Below are positions 55,316-64,000 of a stretch of 64,000 nucleotides of DNA, one piece after another; the stretch's first letter is position 1; every line of letters begins with the position of its first letter. A program made the translations under genes and the position numbers. The notes below the pieces were generated by a model that was not told where the DNA came from, did not search any database, and saw only the letters and a program-made list of their open reading frames with translations. Source of the stretch: an uncultured Acidobacteriota bacterium (GTDB lineage Bacteria > Acidobacteriota > Thermoanaerobaculia > Multivoradales > JAHEKO01); NCBI GenBank assembly GCA_963713825.1, contig CAVQNG010000014.1:256001-320000 (forward strand). Direction: 5' to 3'.

Positions 55316-57040
55316 ATGACCTGGACGCGTCTGCCGTTGATCATCGTCGCACTTTCGTCTCTGGTTGCATGTCGTGGAGACTCTCCGCATGGGGAGTCTG
55401 CGGACCTCGTGTTGCGTGGAGGCCGCGTCGTCACTGTTGATGGGCAAGGGACCGAAGCGACTGGAGTAGCGATCCGAGAAGGACGCATCGAAATGGTCGG
55501 TGATGACGAAGGTGTTTCCCAGCATATCGGTCCCGAGACTCGCGTCATCGAGCTCGACGGACGCCTTGCCATTCCCGGCTTCATCGAGGGCCACGGCCAT
55601 TTTCTGAGTCTGGGCGATTCGAAAATGATCCTCGACTTGACCGTCGCCAGGAGTTGGGAAGAGATCGTCGCCATGGTCGCGAGCGCGGCGGCGGAGGCCG
55701 AGCCGGGCGCCTGGATTCGAGGCCGTGGCTGGCACCAGGAGAAATGGGACGGGGAGCCGGTACCGAGCGTCGAGGGGGCGCCGGTGCATACTTCGTTGAG
55801 TGGGGTCAGTCCTGAGAATCCGGTCATTCTGGGGCATGCCAGCGGTCACGCGGCGTTCGCGAACGCGAAGGCCATGGAGTTGGCTGGATTGAGTCGGGAC
55901 TCCGTCAATCCACCCGGCGGCGAATTGGTGCGAGATTCTGACGGCAACCTGACCGGTCTGCTGCGCGAGACGGCTCAAAGAGCGGTCTCCGAGGCTCTTT
56001 CCGCTTCGAAGTCCGGGCGCTCTCCTGAAGAGGTGGAAGCGACTCGTCGTCGGATGGTGGAGCTGGCCGGGGAGGAAGCTCTTTCGAAGGGCGTCACGAG
56101 CTTCCACGACGCTGGCGTCTCTTTCGAAACGATCGATTTCTACCAGCAGCTCGAACAGGAGGGAGTACTTCCTGTCCGTCTCTATGCCATGGTTCGGTAC
56201 CAGAGCAACGAGGAGATGGCGGCCCGATTGCCGGAGTACCGCATGACGGCGGAAGGCAACGATTTCTTGACGGTGCGGTCGATCAAGCGCCAGATCGATG
56301 GCGCTTTGGGATCACATGGTGCCTGGCTTCTGGAGCCCTATGAAGATCTTCCGGAGAGCGTTGGCCTCGTCCTCGAACCCGAGGAGGAGATTGCGGGAAC
56401 GGCTCGAGTCGCGATGAAACACGGCTTCCAGGTCAATACTCATGCAATTGGCGACCGCGCCAATCGACGCGTTCTGGATATCTATGAGGAGGTCTTCGAG
56501 GCGAACGGAATGCCCGCCGACCTACGATGGCGTATCGAACACGCCCAACACTTGCACCCGGACGATATCGGACGATTCGCGGAACTGGGCATCATCGCAG
56601 CGATTCAGGGCGTGCACTGCACCTCCGACGGTCCCTGGGTTCTAAAACGGCTCGGATCGGCAAGGGCGGAGGAGGGCGCCTACGTCTGGCGCAAACTGAT
56701 CGAGAGCGGCGCCATTCTCGGCAATGGCACCGACGTCCCCGTCGAGGCCATCGATCCCATCGCCAGCTACTATTCCTCGGTGTCTCGGGTCATGAGGGAT
56801 GGCGGCGTCTTCTATCCCGAGCAGAAGATGACTCGCGAGGAAGCGCTCCGCTCCTACACCATGAACAACGCCTATGCCGCTTTCGAGGAGGATCTCAAGG
56901 GCTCCCTCGAGGTGGGCAAGCTGGCCGACATCACGGTGCTGTCTCAGGATATCCTGTCCGTTCCGGAGGTCGAGATCCCGCAGACCCAGGTCGATTTTAC
57001 CATCGTCGGCGGAGAAGTCCGTTTCGAGCGGTCGTATTGA
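55316..57040 (+). CDS. Amidohydrolase family 3 (YtcJ-like) lipoprotein
   Basis: Lipobox LVAC; PGFIEGHGH, DGALGSHGA, HAIGD, RIEHAQ, GTDVP, GKLAD. Confidence 0.9.
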   Translation: MTWTRLPLIIVALSSLVACRGDSPHGESADLVLRGGRVVTVDGQGTEATGVAIREGRIEMVGDDEGVSQHIGPETRVIELDGRLAIPGFIEGHGHFLSLGDSKMILDLTVARSWEEIVAMVASAAAEAEPGAWIRGRGWHQEKWDGEPVPSVEGAPVHTSLSGVSPENPVILGHASGHAAFANAKAMELAGLSRDSVNPPGGELVRDSDGNLTGLLRETAQRAVSEALSASKSGRSPEEVEATRRRMVELAGEEALSKGVTSFHDAGVSFETIDFYQQLEQEGVLPVRLYAMVRYQSNEEMAARLPEYRMTAEGNDFLTVRSIKRQIDGALGSHGAWLLEPYEDLPESVGLVLEPEEEIAGTARVAMKHGFQVNTHAIGDRANRRVLDIYEEVFEANGMPADLRWRIEHAQHLHPDDIGRFAELGIIAAIQGVHCTSDGPWVLKRLGSARAEEGAYVWRKLIESGAILGNGTDVPVEAIDPIASYYSSVSRVMRDGGVFYPEQKMTREEALRSYTMNNAYAAFEEDLKGSLEVGKLADITVLSQDILSVPEVEIPQTQVDFTIVGGEVRFERSY

Positions 57041-57268
57041 CTTGCCGGGGAAAGCCCGAGCCATTACTACCCCAATAGGTGGGACGCCTGCGGTCAATCG
57101 GAGTGGGGCAATTCAGGGCCCGGCACCATTAGTATCTCCAGGTAGCTGCGGATTCTGACCCGGCCAAGCCACAGCAGAAGCGCCCCGCAATGCCAACCCC
57201 CGCATCGAGCGACAGCCTCTGACCCGAACCCTTCCGCCCAGCAGGCTTTCCCGAACCCGGAGCATCCC

Positions 57269-59491
57269 TTGACGCGTAAGACGCAGAGATCGACCTCTCG
57301 TCTTGCGGCCGCGTTGGCGATTCTTGTGATCGTTACGGCGGGTGACCTGACTGCCCAATGGATCGAGCCAGATGAGCGACCGACGCTGGTACCGGTCTTT
57401 AGCGACATGGCACCGACTCTCGATGGCGATGTTCTGGGAGACCCGGCCTGGGAGGGGGCAGAGCCGGCGGTGGACTTCTGGCAGACCAGGCCTGATGAGG
57501 GAAGGGCCGCGACCGAGAAGACCGAGGTCTACGTCGTCTTCACCGAGGACACCCTGTTTTTCGGGGTGGTTTGCTACGATCGTGCTCCCAAAGACATCAT
57601 CGTAGCCAGTAGCCGGCGTGATTCCTCACTGGAGGAAACCGATAGCTTCCAGATGATCCTGGATACTTATCGCGATGAGAAGACCGGCTTCGTGTTCGGC
57701 ACGAACCCGGTAGGTATTCAGTACGACGGCCAGGTTGCGCAGGAAGGCGAGGGCGGCGGCTTCAGCACGGCGGGAGGGTTCAACATCAACTGGGACGGCG
57801 ATTGGGACGTCGAAGCGACGATCTCTGAGATCGGTTGGAGTGCGGAGTTCGCAATCCCGTTCAGGACTCTGCGGTATCCGCGCAATCCAGACCAGGACTG
57901 GGGTGTCAATTTCCAACGCAATATCCGGCGCCGGAATGAGCAGGCCTACTGGTCACCTCTGCCGCGGCAATACAACATCTATCGGCTCTCCATGGCTGGT
58001 GGCCTGGAGAGCTTCGCCGTACCGAGCCAGAACAACCTCAAGATCCTGCCCTACGTTTTGGGAACCGGAACGCGCGAGGGTGTCGAAGATGCGCCGACTG
58101 AAAACGATGGCAATGTCGGCCTGGACGTGAAGTACAGCCTGACTCCTAGCCTGACTCTCGATGGAACCGTCAACACGGACTTCGCCCAGGTCGAGGTCGA
58201 TGAGCTACAGATCAATCTAGATCGCTTCAATCTGTTCTTTCCCGAAAAGAGGCCCTTTTTTCTGGAGAATGCTGGCTACTTCACCGTTGGTGTACCCCAG
58301 GAGGTCGAGCTTTTCTACAGTCGTCGAATTGGACTTGGTCCGGATGGCGAGATCGTGCCGATCGACTGGGGCGTGCGCATGTCAGGCAAGGCGCGGGACC
58401 GCTACAACATCGGTTTGCTTTACATGCAGACCGATGAAGTGACGGAGGTGACGCCCCAGAACCAGTTCGGTGTCGTCCGTCTCAACCGGGATCTGCCCAA
58501 CCGCTCTGGCATTGGCGGCACTCTTATCAATCGACGAGGCAGTGGGACTCAGGCGGCAGATGAGGACTACAACTGGACCTATGGCCTGGATGGTCGGTGG
58601 GGACTTGGCCAGAACGGCCTGATCGACGGCTACGTTGCCCAGACGAATACGCCCGGACTGGAGGGTGACGACTATTCCTTTCGCTTGGGCGGCTCCTACG
58701 ATTCAGAGAAGTGGTCTCTGTCGGCCGGTTATACCGAAGTTGCCGACAACTTCAATCCCGAAGTGGGGTACTTGACCCGAACCGGCTATCGCAAGCCCGA
58801 CGGCTTCCTGATGCGGACCATTCGACCCGAGGACCTGTGGGGGTTACTCGAGCTCAGGCCTCACGTCTCCTACCGGGGCTATTGGAACTACGACGGCTTT
58901 CAGGAGACCGGGTTTCTCCACATCGACAATCATTGGGAGTGGCGCAACGGCTACGAGGTTCACACCGGGATCAATTTCACTCGCGAAGGACTGGTCGAGC
59001 CTTTCGAGATCGCGGTGGATGTGACCGTGCCGCCCGGAACCTACGACAACACAGAGGCGCAGATTGTCTTTTACACGAATCAGGGAGCGCCGGTGGCCTT
59101 CACGGCTCGAGTCGTGGCTGGAGGCTTCTTCAACGGAGACCGCTTGGCGCTCTCGCCGACGTTGCGATTCCGCATCGGTGACACCTTCAATACCGAGATT
59201 GGTTGGCAGTACAACGACATCGACCTCGAGACGGGTGCCTTCGAGACCAATCTCGGCCTGCTGCGCGTCTCCTATTCCTTTACCCAGAAGATCTTCGTTC
59301 AGGGATTGCTGCAGTACAACGATCGAGCCGACATCTGGGCCACGAACCTCCGTTTCGGCTGGCTTACCAGGGCCAGCGCCGGCCTCTACCTGGTCTACAA
59401 CGAGGTGCGAGACATCGAAGGCGCTGGGACTGGAATTCCAGGTCGCAGCCTTACCCTCAAGTACTCTCACCTTTTCGACGTTCTACATTGA
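57269..59491 (+). CDS. DUF5916 / CBM9-like domain outer-membrane-associated protein
   Basis: PTLDG, FGTNPVG, WSAEFAIPFRTLRY, NTDFAQVE, FPEKRPFFLE, FYSRRIG. Confidence 0.85.
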   Translation: MTRKTQRSTSRLAAALAILVIVTAGDLTAQWIEPDERPTLVPVFSDMAPTLDGDVLGDPAWEGAEPAVDFWQTRPDEGRAATEKTEVYVVFTEDTLFFGVVCYDRAPKDIIVASSRRDSSLEETDSFQMILDTYRDEKTGFVFGTNPVGIQYDGQVAQEGEGGGFSTAGGFNINWDGDWDVEATISEIGWSAEFAIPFRTLRYPRNPDQDWGVNFQRNIRRRNEQAYWSPLPRQYNIYRLSMAGGLESFAVPSQNNLKILPYVLGTGTREGVEDAPTENDGNVGLDVKYSLTPSLTLDGTVNTDFAQVEVDELQINLDRFNLFFPEKRPFFLENAGYFTVGVPQEVELFYSRRIGLGPDGEIVPIDWGVRMSGKARDRYNIGLLYMQTDEVTEVTPQNQFGVVRLNRDLPNRSGIGGTLINRRGSGTQAADEDYNWTYGLDGRWGLGQNGLIDGYVAQTNTPGLEGDDYSFRLGGSYDSEKWSLSAGYTEVADNFNPEVGYLTRTGYRKPDGFLMRTIRPEDLWGLLELRPHVSYRGYWNYDGFQETGFLHIDNHWEWRNGYEVHTGINFTREGLVEPFEIAVDVTVPPGTYDNTEAQIVFYTNQGAPVAFTARVVAGGFFNGDRLALSPTLRFRIGDTFNTEIGWQYNDIDLETGAFETNLGLLRVSYSFTQKIFVQGLLQYNDRADIWATNLRFGWLTRASAGLYLVYNEVRDIEGAGTGIPGRSLTLKYSHLFDVLH

Positions 59492-59514
59492 GACCGCTGG
59501 TCGAGGATCGAATC

Positions 59515-60564
59515 ATGGGATGGTCGAACCGAATGCTCAGGGCGCTCTTGATGGGTTTTCTGCTGTCCTCCTGGCCGACCGCGGTCGGGGCACAGAGCGC
59601 AACCATGCGGGTAGTCGCCGGTACTGGAGAGGCCGGTTTCGAGGATGGCTCGCCCGGTAAGTTCAACAAGCCGATCCGACTTGCTCCCTACGGTGAGGGG
59701 GCGGTCCTGGTGGCGGATATCTTCAATCACGCCATTCGTGTCGTCACCGTGGATGGAACCGTGCGGACTATCGCTGGCGCTGCAGATCGAAAGGGCTTTG
59801 AAAACGGCCCAAGTAGTTCAGCTCGATTTGCCTCGCCGCATGGCGTGGCGATCTCCAGAGAAGGCTTGATCGCGGTGGCAGAAGCCGAGAATCACACGGT
59901 GCGCCTGCTGCGGCCGGTCTACGGAGCGGACGAAACGACTCCCGAAAGCTACGACGTTTCCACGCTGGCGGGCGTGCCTGGGAATGGCGGGATGGAGGAT
60001 GGTCCTGCAGCCGAGGCCCTGTTCCAGTCGCCACACGCCGTGGCCTGGACTCCCGCGGGTGACCTCCTCATCGCCGATATCGGAAACGCCAGGATACGAC
60101 GCCTGCGATCCGGCGTGGTGCAGACGGCCGCAGGTAGTGGGGAAGTGGGCGGTCAGGACGGGCAGGGCAAGGCGGCCTCTTTTCACTACCCCATGGACAT
60201 CGCGTTGGACGAGGAAGAGACTCTCTGGATAGCCGACGCTGGCTCCCACTCGGTGCGATCTCTCGACCCCGAGGGTGTTGTTGCCACTCTCCGGCTTTCG
60301 AGCGCGATCGACACCCCCCACGGGATCGCCACTGGACCTGACGGCACCCTGTACCTGGCCGAGATGGGGACCCACAGAGTCCTCGCGGTCAGCCGTGAAG
60401 GAGACGTGACAACCCTGTGCGGAACTGGGGAAGCCGGCTCGGGACCCGACCAACTGAATCGCCCTGCGGCGGTTCTGGTGCATGACGGCAGCGTCTGGGT
60501 GGCTGATCTCGACAACCATCGCATCGTGATCTGCGAGATGCCAGCCAGTTCTTCGGGGTCGTAG
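59515..60564 (+). CDS. Exported NHL-repeat beta-propeller protein
   Basis: Signal peptide; repeated F..P.GVA...VAD..NH.IR...V.T.AG units. Confidence 0.88.
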   Translation: MGWSNRMLRALLMGFLLSSWPTAVGAQSATMRVVAGTGEAGFEDGSPGKFNKPIRLAPYGEGAVLVADIFNHAIRVVTVDGTVRTIAGAADRKGFENGPSSSARFASPHGVAISREGLIAVAEAENHTVRLLRPVYGADETTPESYDVSTLAGVPGNGGMEDGPAAEALFQSPHAVAWTPAGDLLIADIGNARIRRLRSGVVQTAAGSGEVGGQDGQGKAASFHYPMDIALDEEETLWIADAGSHSVRSLDPEGVVATLRLSSAIDTPHGIATGPDGTLYLAEMGTHRVLAVSREGDVTTLCGTGEAGSGPDQLNRPAAVLVHDGSVWVADLDNHRIVICEMPASSSGS

Positions 60565-60606
60565 GTAGCGATTAGAAATGGTGAGAGGCTGTGATCGGGG
60601 TTCTGG

Positions 60607-62376
60607 CTAGCGCAGAGCTCTGGCCCGCTCCTCGATCTTCTCGGCTTCCTCCGTCCGTCCAGTTTCCTCCAGCAGAGCGGCAAAACTCCACAAAAGAGAG
60701 ATCAGATCGGGGTGGGAGCCGACATCGACGCTCTCGAAGACCTCGAGGGAGCGTCGATAAAGCAGCTCCGACTCGTCGTAGCGCTGCAGCTTTTGATACA
60801 ACATTCCGAGGCTCTTCAGCGTCCAGGCGAGGTTCAGCGGATCACTACCCTGCGCAGCATCGAGTACCTCGAGAGCGCTGCGATAGAGTGTCTCCGCCTC
60901 TGGGTACCGATTTTGGCGATGGTACAACCAGGCCAGATTGCCGTAGCTCTTGGCGAGATCGGGATGGCTGGGCTCGAGTAGGCCCTGCCGCAGTTCCAAG
61001 GCCTGGCGGTACTGCCGTTCGGCTTCGAGGATCGATCCGAGTTGATCGCTGATCAAGGCTAGGTTGGAAATGTCGGATGCGACCTCAACACTGCTATGTC
61101 CGAAGGAAGTCTGGTCGATCTCCAGGACCCGCTGGTATAGCTGTCTCGCCTCGAGCAGCCTGCCGGTCTCGAAGTACACGAGGGCCAAATTGTTCAAAGT
61201 GCTGGCCAGCGCCTCACTGCCTTCGCCATGCGCCTCTTCCTCGATTGCCAGGGCTCGTCGAAGCAGAGGTTCGGCTGCAGAGAGATCGCCGAGCGCGGCC
61301 TGAATCGCGGCGAGGTTTGTAAGCAGTGCCACGAGCGAGGAGTGATCGGGCGAGGTAGCAGCCTCCTCGATGTCGATTGCTCGTTCGTTGAGATCGCGAG
61401 CTGCATCGTACAGACCTTGCTCGAAATACAGGACGGCGAGATTGCTGAGAATGGGCGATAGGCGGGGATGGCCGCTTCCGAACTGGCGCTCTGTCCCTTC
61501 GAGGACTTGCCGTATAGCCGACTCGGCCTCGGTGAAGCTACCTGCTTTATGAAGCGCTCTTCCGAGGATAGTCAGGAGGTCGAGGTCGTCGGGCCGAAGG
61601 TGGTGAGACTTCGACAATAGGAAGGCGGCACGTCCCGGCTCGCCTTGTTGAAGAAAGGCGATAGCAAGAAATGTTGCAGACTCGATAGCGGCACGAGGAT
61701 CAGGGTCGGTCGCAGCCTCGACATGCTTCCAAGCCGCCAGGAGTCGATCCCCGGCTTCCTGCAGATTACCGCTCCACAGGGAACCGATACCGGCTTCGAG
61801 CTCGGAGTCCGCTGATAGCGCCAGGGAGCCCAGAGAGTTGGTAAGCAGATCCGAGGGTATCCCGAGGCGCGAAGACAGATCCTCGAGCGCTTTGTGACGT
61901 CCATTGTCCTCGCCTCTCACAGACCGGCCGTGGAGAGCCTCTTGCATGATGATTTGCGCGGCGACCGCCCTGCTGATTCGAGAGTCGATGAGATTGTTGT
62001 CGACAGGGAGGCGTGCAACGACAAGGGGCGTGGGCGGTCCTGAGCGCCCTGAGCGGTCACCGATCCGAACCCAGCCATCCCACGGTTCGATCAGCAACAC
62101 TTCGGGGCCTGGAGGCTCGGAGGTAGTGGAGTGGATCTTCAGCCAGCCGGAGGCTCTGGTCTCGCTATCGAGAACGAGTGCAGTCAGACCCCTTGAGTCA
62201 GTCGGTGGGTCGCTCTTCTGACCTGACCCATCTCGGAAGACCAGGCCCGGTACCGGCCTCCCGTGGAGGTCGAGAGCTTGGAGAGGCAGTTGGTCTGTTG
62301 ACCCGAGGGCAGGGTGCGCAGTGGCCATGAAAATGGCGCCGATCAGACCGCTGAGTATTGGTCGTAGCCTGCCCAC
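60607..62376 (-). CDS. TPR (kinesin-light-chain-like 42-aa repeat) protein with exported-type N-terminus
   Basis: About seven repeats of HP..A..L.NLA.LY..QG.Y.EAE.LY.RAL.I; hydrophobic leader from GTG 62376 (start uncertain). Confidence 0.8.
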   Translation of the reverse strand: MGRLRPILSGLIGAIFMATAHPALGSTDQLPLQALDLHGRPVPGLVFRDGSGQKSDPPTDSRGLTALVLDSETRASGWLKIHSTTSEPPGPEVLLIEPWDGWVRIGDRSGRSGPPTPLVVARLPVDNNLIDSRISRAVAAQIIMQEALHGRSVRGEDNGRHKALEDLSSRLGIPSDLLTNSLGSLALSADSELEAGIGSLWSGNLQEAGDRLLAAWKHVEAATDPDPRAAIESATFLAIAFLQQGEPGRAAFLLSKSHHLRPDDLDLLTILGRALHKAGSFTEAESAIRQVLEGTERQFGSGHPRLSPILSNLAVLYFEQGLYDAARDLNERAIDIEEAATSPDHSSLVALLTNLAAIQAALGDLSAAEPLLRRALAIEEEAHGEGSEALASTLNNLALVYFETGRLLEARQLYQRVLEIDQTSFGHSSVEVASDISNLALISDQLGSILEAERQYRQALELRQGLLEPSHPDLAKSYGNLAWLYHRQNRYPEAETLYRSALEVLDAAQGSDPLNLAWTLKSLGMLYQKLQRYDESELLYRRSLEVFESVDVGSHPDLISLLWSFAALLEETGRTEEAEKIEERARALR

Positions 62377-62592
62377 GAAACGATCTCCGATCAGGACGAA
62401 GTCAATGGGGCCGGGAAGATGTAGATTCGAAGCCAAGCTATGACAGTCTCGCCTCCGCCGACAATACCCCCGGGGGTAGTGAATTCCTGCCTCGATGGGT
62501 GGTCGGACACAGCGCTGTTCAGCGTAGTTCCGACAGTACTGTTTCGCTTCAGCCAACGACACTCGTATACTCGGACCTGGACTGAGAGCGAC

Positions 62593-63693
62593 ATGCCCGA
62601 CCCCGAGCGCAGGACCGACATCCGAGGGTTGCTGATCACACTCGCAGCCGGCGTCGTTTTGATCTATGGGCTGAAGGCTGCCCAGACCATCGTCGTCCCG
62701 TTCCTGCTCAGCGTGTTCCTGACCGTCGTGGGAGTACCGCCTCTCACCTGGTTACGGCGCAAGGGAGTACCGAACTCCCTTGGCGTCGCCCTCGTTGTCA
62801 TCGGCATGGTTCTGGTGGTCGTCCTGATGGTCAGCCTCATCGGCACCTCGGTGGCTGATTTCACGGGCCGGATTCCTTACTACCAGGAGCGTTTGGACCA
62901 GCAGATTGCGACCCTTCTCGATCGCCTCGGGTTGGGCGACCGAATCGGTTCGACTCGGGAGCTTCTCGCGACAGTCGATCCGGGTGCCGCCATCGACATG
63001 GTGGGCGGTCTATTGAACAGTGTCAGCGGTATCTTCAACTACACCTTCTTGATTCTGTTTTCGGTCGTCTTCATGCTGGCGGAGGTGGCGAGCATTCCGA
63101 ACAAGCTCGAAGCGGCCTTTTCGAGCTCTGAAGAGACTCTCAGGGCTTTCAACCGGTTCAACAAGAGCCTCAACCGCTATATCGGATTGAAGACCGCAAT
63201 TGGCCTGGTCACCGGTATTGCTGTGACGATCTGGGTGATGATCTTGGGGCTCGACTTTCCACTTCTCTGGGGACTGGTGGCATTCCTCTTCAACTTCGTA
63301 CCGAACATCGGCTCGATCATCGCGGCGATCCCAGCCGTCCTGCTGGCGATGGTGCAGTGGGGCTTTGGCAGGGCGATCGTGGTGGCCGTTGGCTATTTGG
63401 TCATCAACCTCGTGATTGGCAACCTCATCGAGCCAAGAGTGCTGGGCAGGGGACTGGGTCTGTCGACCGTCGTGGTCTTCCTGTCTCTCGTCTTTTGGGG
63501 TTGGGTCCTGGGTCCCATGGGAATGTTGCTCTCGGTACCGCTCACCATGACTCTGGTGATGGCCCTCGAGAGCCACGAGAAGACGCGCCGATTCGCGATT
63601 CTCTTGGGAATCGAGCGCCGTGAGACCGCATCTGAGGACGGTGCTGAAGGCGCTCCCGGAGAGAACAGACCTCACGCTGCCACAGATTCCTGA
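62593..63693 (+). CDS. AI-2E family (PerM/TqsA-like) transporter
   Basis: IVVPFLLS, FLFNFVPNIG, GNLIEP, FWGWVLGPMGMLLSVPLT. Confidence 0.93.
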   Translation: MPDPERRTDIRGLLITLAAGVVLIYGLKAAQTIVVPFLLSVFLTVVGVPPLTWLRRKGVPNSLGVALVVIGMVLVVVLMVSLIGTSVADFTGRIPYYQERLDQQIATLLDRLGLGDRIGSTRELLATVDPGAAIDMVGGLLNSVSGIFNYTFLILFSVVFMLAEVASIPNKLEAAFSSSEETLRAFNRFNKSLNRYIGLKTAIGLVTGIAVTIWVMILGLDFPLLWGLVAFLFNFVPNIGSIIAAIPAVLLAMVQWGFGRAIVVAVGYLVINLVIGNLIEPRVLGRGLGLSTVVVFLSLVFWGWVLGPMGMLLSVPLTMTLVMALESHEKTRRFAILLGIERRETASEDGAEGAPGENRPHAATDS

Positions 63694-63878
63694 GTCGAAT
63701 CTCATCTGCTCGGCACGGCCAGGTCCGAAGCGCCTCCTGCTCGGGTCGCGACCCATCGATAGTTGTGCATAACCGGATTTCCGATAAGTCGTCAGAAATC
63801 GGCCCCCTCCGGTAACTCTCTTAGTAGATAGGGGAGTTTTACTGCCCATGCTCAAGAGACATCGGTACCAAGGGGAAG

Positions 63879-64000
63879 ATGCCCATGACGAGTGATCGAA
63901 TCCACCCGGTAAGACCAGAAGAGAGAGTCCTCGATCGTCAAAGCGAGGTGCAGGGAGTCGATCTGGAGCTGGCTGCGAGCCAGGCCGCAGATCGATTGCG
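63879..64000 (+). CDS. 5' fragment of a CDS running off the window
   Basis: AAGGGG then ATG; open frame MPMTSDRIHPVRPEERVLDRQSEVQGVDLELAASQAADRL to the edge. Confidence 0.45.
   Translation, partial: MPMTSDRIHPVRPEERVLDRQSEVQGVDLELAASQAADRL

Noticed and set aside
60650-61560. Periodicity of about 126 nt
   Set aside because: Explained by 42-aa TPR protein repeats; there are no identical repeats with spacers, so it is not CRISPR.

Overview
Gene-dense, GC-rich bacterial chromosomal segment with about 54 CDS. I saw no rRNA, tRNA, CRISPR array, transposase or integrase. The gene style (many exported FG-GAP, BNR, NHL and TPR proteins, DUF885, DUF5916, a C-terminal 'DGFES' tag, FHA fusions) suggests Acidobacteriota, possibly Thermoanaerobaculia; this is inference only. 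All family calls come from motif recognition, not database searches. Highlights: (1) an archaeal-type topoisomerase VI operon (top6B-top6A) directly downstream of a co-oriented HNH nuclease whose motifs look degenerate; (2) a fully readable sigma54 circuit, with a -24/-12 promoter and nested enhancer dyad driving a MacB-like exporter operon, followed by an NtrC-family regulator and a kinase with almost no extracellular sensor; (3) an XRE regulator plus an unknown 'RTLRIPD'-family protein, with a palindromic operator lying over a sigma70 promoter; (4) a spore-photoproduct-lyase-like radical SAM enzyme, a non-pyrrolysine MttB homologue, FHA-protease and FHA-EAL fusions, a peroxiredoxin plus small Cys-bearing wHTH pair, and a 99-nt intergenic hairpin.
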